A stretch of DNA of 62,875 nucleotides, taken from assembly GCA_964527535.1 (NCBI GenBank), contig CAZGPW010000206.1, forward strand, positions 1 through 62,875. The letters run 5' to 3'. Position 1 is the stretch's first letter, and each line of letters starts with the position of its first letter. The notes under the pieces were generated by a model. The model ran no database searches, was not told the DNA's origin, and was given only the letters and a program-made list of their open reading frames with translations. The stretch comes from an uncultured Bacteroidales bacterium. Its GTDB lineage: Bacteria > Bacteroidota > Bacteroidia > Bacteroidales > ML635J-15. Shown piece after piece: positions 61,413 to 62,875 of this stretch. Position numbers and translations under genes: made by a program.

Positions 61413-62687
61413 ATGAAAAATGCTTTAGTATTACATAATGCGCATTGGAATAACAAAAAATATTCTGTAAAGATCAAACGTGAACTTCTGGAAAGTTTGA
61501 AAAAGCTGAATTCTATTAAAGAAATTCAGATAATTTCCGGATTAAGGAGAAGCGGCAAATCCTCCATAATGAAGCTTTATATTAATTGGCTCATGGAAAC
61601 TGAAGATCCCAAATCATTATTGTTTGTAAATCTGGATGACCCTTCCTTTTCTGAGACATATAATAATCCGGCTCTTTTTCATAAACTTATTGAGCATGCT
61701 GAAACAATCACAGGAATCAAAGTAAAATATTTATTTATTGATGAAATACAGAATGTTAAGGGATGGGAAAAATACCTCAAAAGCGTATATGATGCCGAAA
61801 GATTTAAAAAAATATGCATTAGCGGATCAAATTCCAGGTTATTAAATTCTGATTATTCAGCATTGTTGTCAGGAAGATATGTTTTGCATCAATTATTCCC
61901 CTTGTCTATCAATGAAATATTAACATATTACAAGCTTAATGACAACCTGAGTATAACGCAAAATCAGCCAAAAGTTAATAATGTTTTGACAGATGCATTA
62001 AAATCAGGTTGTTTTCCGGAAATTGTTTTACAGGAAGAAAATGACATTAAACACGAGATTTTGATATCCTATTATGACAGCATCATAATTAAAGATTGTA
62101 TAATCAATAAGGATATAAGGGATTATCGCTTATTTAAGCAGATTTCATATTACGTTTTCAATAACACAGCCGCTTTATACTCTTACAATAGTTTATCTAA
62201 AGCATTAAATGTAAACGATATAACCATTAAAGAATACATTAATGCAATGAAGGATGCATATTTGATTTATGAGATACCACAGTTTAGTTACAAATTAAAG
62301 AAACAGATAAAGTCCCGAAGAAAATTGTATTCAATAGATAACGGATTAATTAATATCGTATCGTTAAATTTTTCAGAGAACAAAGGCAAATTGTTTGAGA
62401 ATATGGTTTTTGCAGAGTTAAAAAAAGCGGGGATTAATGAGATATATTTATTAAATGATACGAAGGAATGTGATTTCATTATTCGTCATAAAAATATAAT
62501 CTATTCAATACAGGCCTGTTATGAATTAACTTCTGCTAACAAAGAAAGAGAAATAAGTGGCTTATTATATGCAAATGACAAATACAAAATTGATAAATCG
62601 TTTATTGTCACATTTTCGCAGTCTGAAATAATAGAAAATGAAATAACTGTAATGCCTGTTTATGAATTGCGAAGAAAATTAGGATAA
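61413..62687 (+). CDS. AAA ATPase of the AAA_14/DUF4143 type
   Basis: Walker A 'GLRRSGKSS', Walker B 'YLFIDEIQ'. C-terminal 'KECDFIIRHKNIIYSIQACYEL' segment. First ATG used; tracked ORF starts at TTG 61407. Confidence 0.8.
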   Translation: MKNALVLHNAHWNNKKYSVKIKRELLESLKKLNSIKEIQIISGLRRSGKSSIMKLYINWLMETEDPKSLLFVNLDDPSFSETYNNPALFHKLIEHAETITGIKVKYLFIDEIQNVKGWEKYLKSVYDAERFKKICISGSNSRLLNSDYSALLSGRYVLHQLFPLSINEILTYYKLNDNLSITQNQPKVNNVLTDALKSGCFPEIVLQEENDIKHEILISYYDSIIIKDCIINKDIRDYRLFKQISYYVFNNTAALYSYNSLSKALNVNDITIKEYINAMKDAYLIYEIPQFSYKLKKQIKSRRKLYSIDNGLINIVSLNFSENKGKLFENMVFAELKKAGINEIYLLNDTKECDFIIRHKNIIYSIQACYELTSANKEREISGLLYANDKYKIDKSFIVTFSQSEIIENEITVMPVYELRRKLG

Positions 62688-62875
62688 AGATAAACAGGTA
62701 GAAAATTAAAGTATGGGTTGCCTTAAAATGGTGATTTTAAATTAGCGGATGCGCTGTAAACTGCGTAGGCTTGTTTATCAGTGCTCGCCCCTGGGAAAAA
62801 AACAGGGGAACTTCAAAAAAGATAACTTAAATTTGTCTATGGAAATATAGCACATATGAAGTTCAAAATCCCAAA

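Noticed and set aside
62788-62808. Hairpin cccctg-N9-cagggg downstream of the second ATPase as an intrinsic terminator
   Set aside because: It is not followed by a T-tract on the + strand. The A-run is in the loop, so terminator function is unsupported.

Overview
The window looks like a chromosomal segment of a Bacteroidota bacterium. Support: T9SS type-A and type-B C-terminal sorting domains, TAnnTTTG-type promoter boxes, a DUF4492-cydAB operon, and a fused str-S10-spc-alpha ribosomal operon without tuf.

1-39.2 kb holds housekeeping and metabolic genes: PduO-type adenosyltransferase, ABC ATPase, DPP-IV, MBL hydrolase, AbgT and MFS transporters, class-I aminotransferase, UvrA, an ECF sigma factor and cytochrome bd. 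Five large secreted T9SS cargo proteins are interleaved, including a 1.8k-aa modular GEVED/CUB protein with recent internal duplications.

39.5-59.0 kb is one co-directional block, rpsL-rpsG-fusA-rpsJ...rplQ (including an untracked rpmJ), followed by eno.

59.0-62.9 kb is an accessory tail with two divergent AAA-type ATPases. One has its reading frame broken exactly on an A_AAT_TTA heptamer. This tail is embedded in GC-rich, hairpin-dense non-coding DNA.

No rRNA, tRNA, CRISPR array, transposase or integrase was seen.

The most unusual signal is a family of modular, GC-rich, hairpin-chain repeats at four intergenic loci (about 22.2, 26.4, 59.0-59.7 and 61.1-61.3 kb). Two roughly 225-nt direct copies bracket the frame-broken ATPase. 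An oversized 871-bp gap between convergent genes also carries degenerate 23-nt units.

Secondary leads are an orphan Avd/23S-IVS-type four-helix-bundle gene, an unannotated 49-aa membrane ORF translationally coupled inside the cyd operon, and long low-complexity tails on L17 and L22.

All family assignments come from motif recognition by eye. No database search was run.
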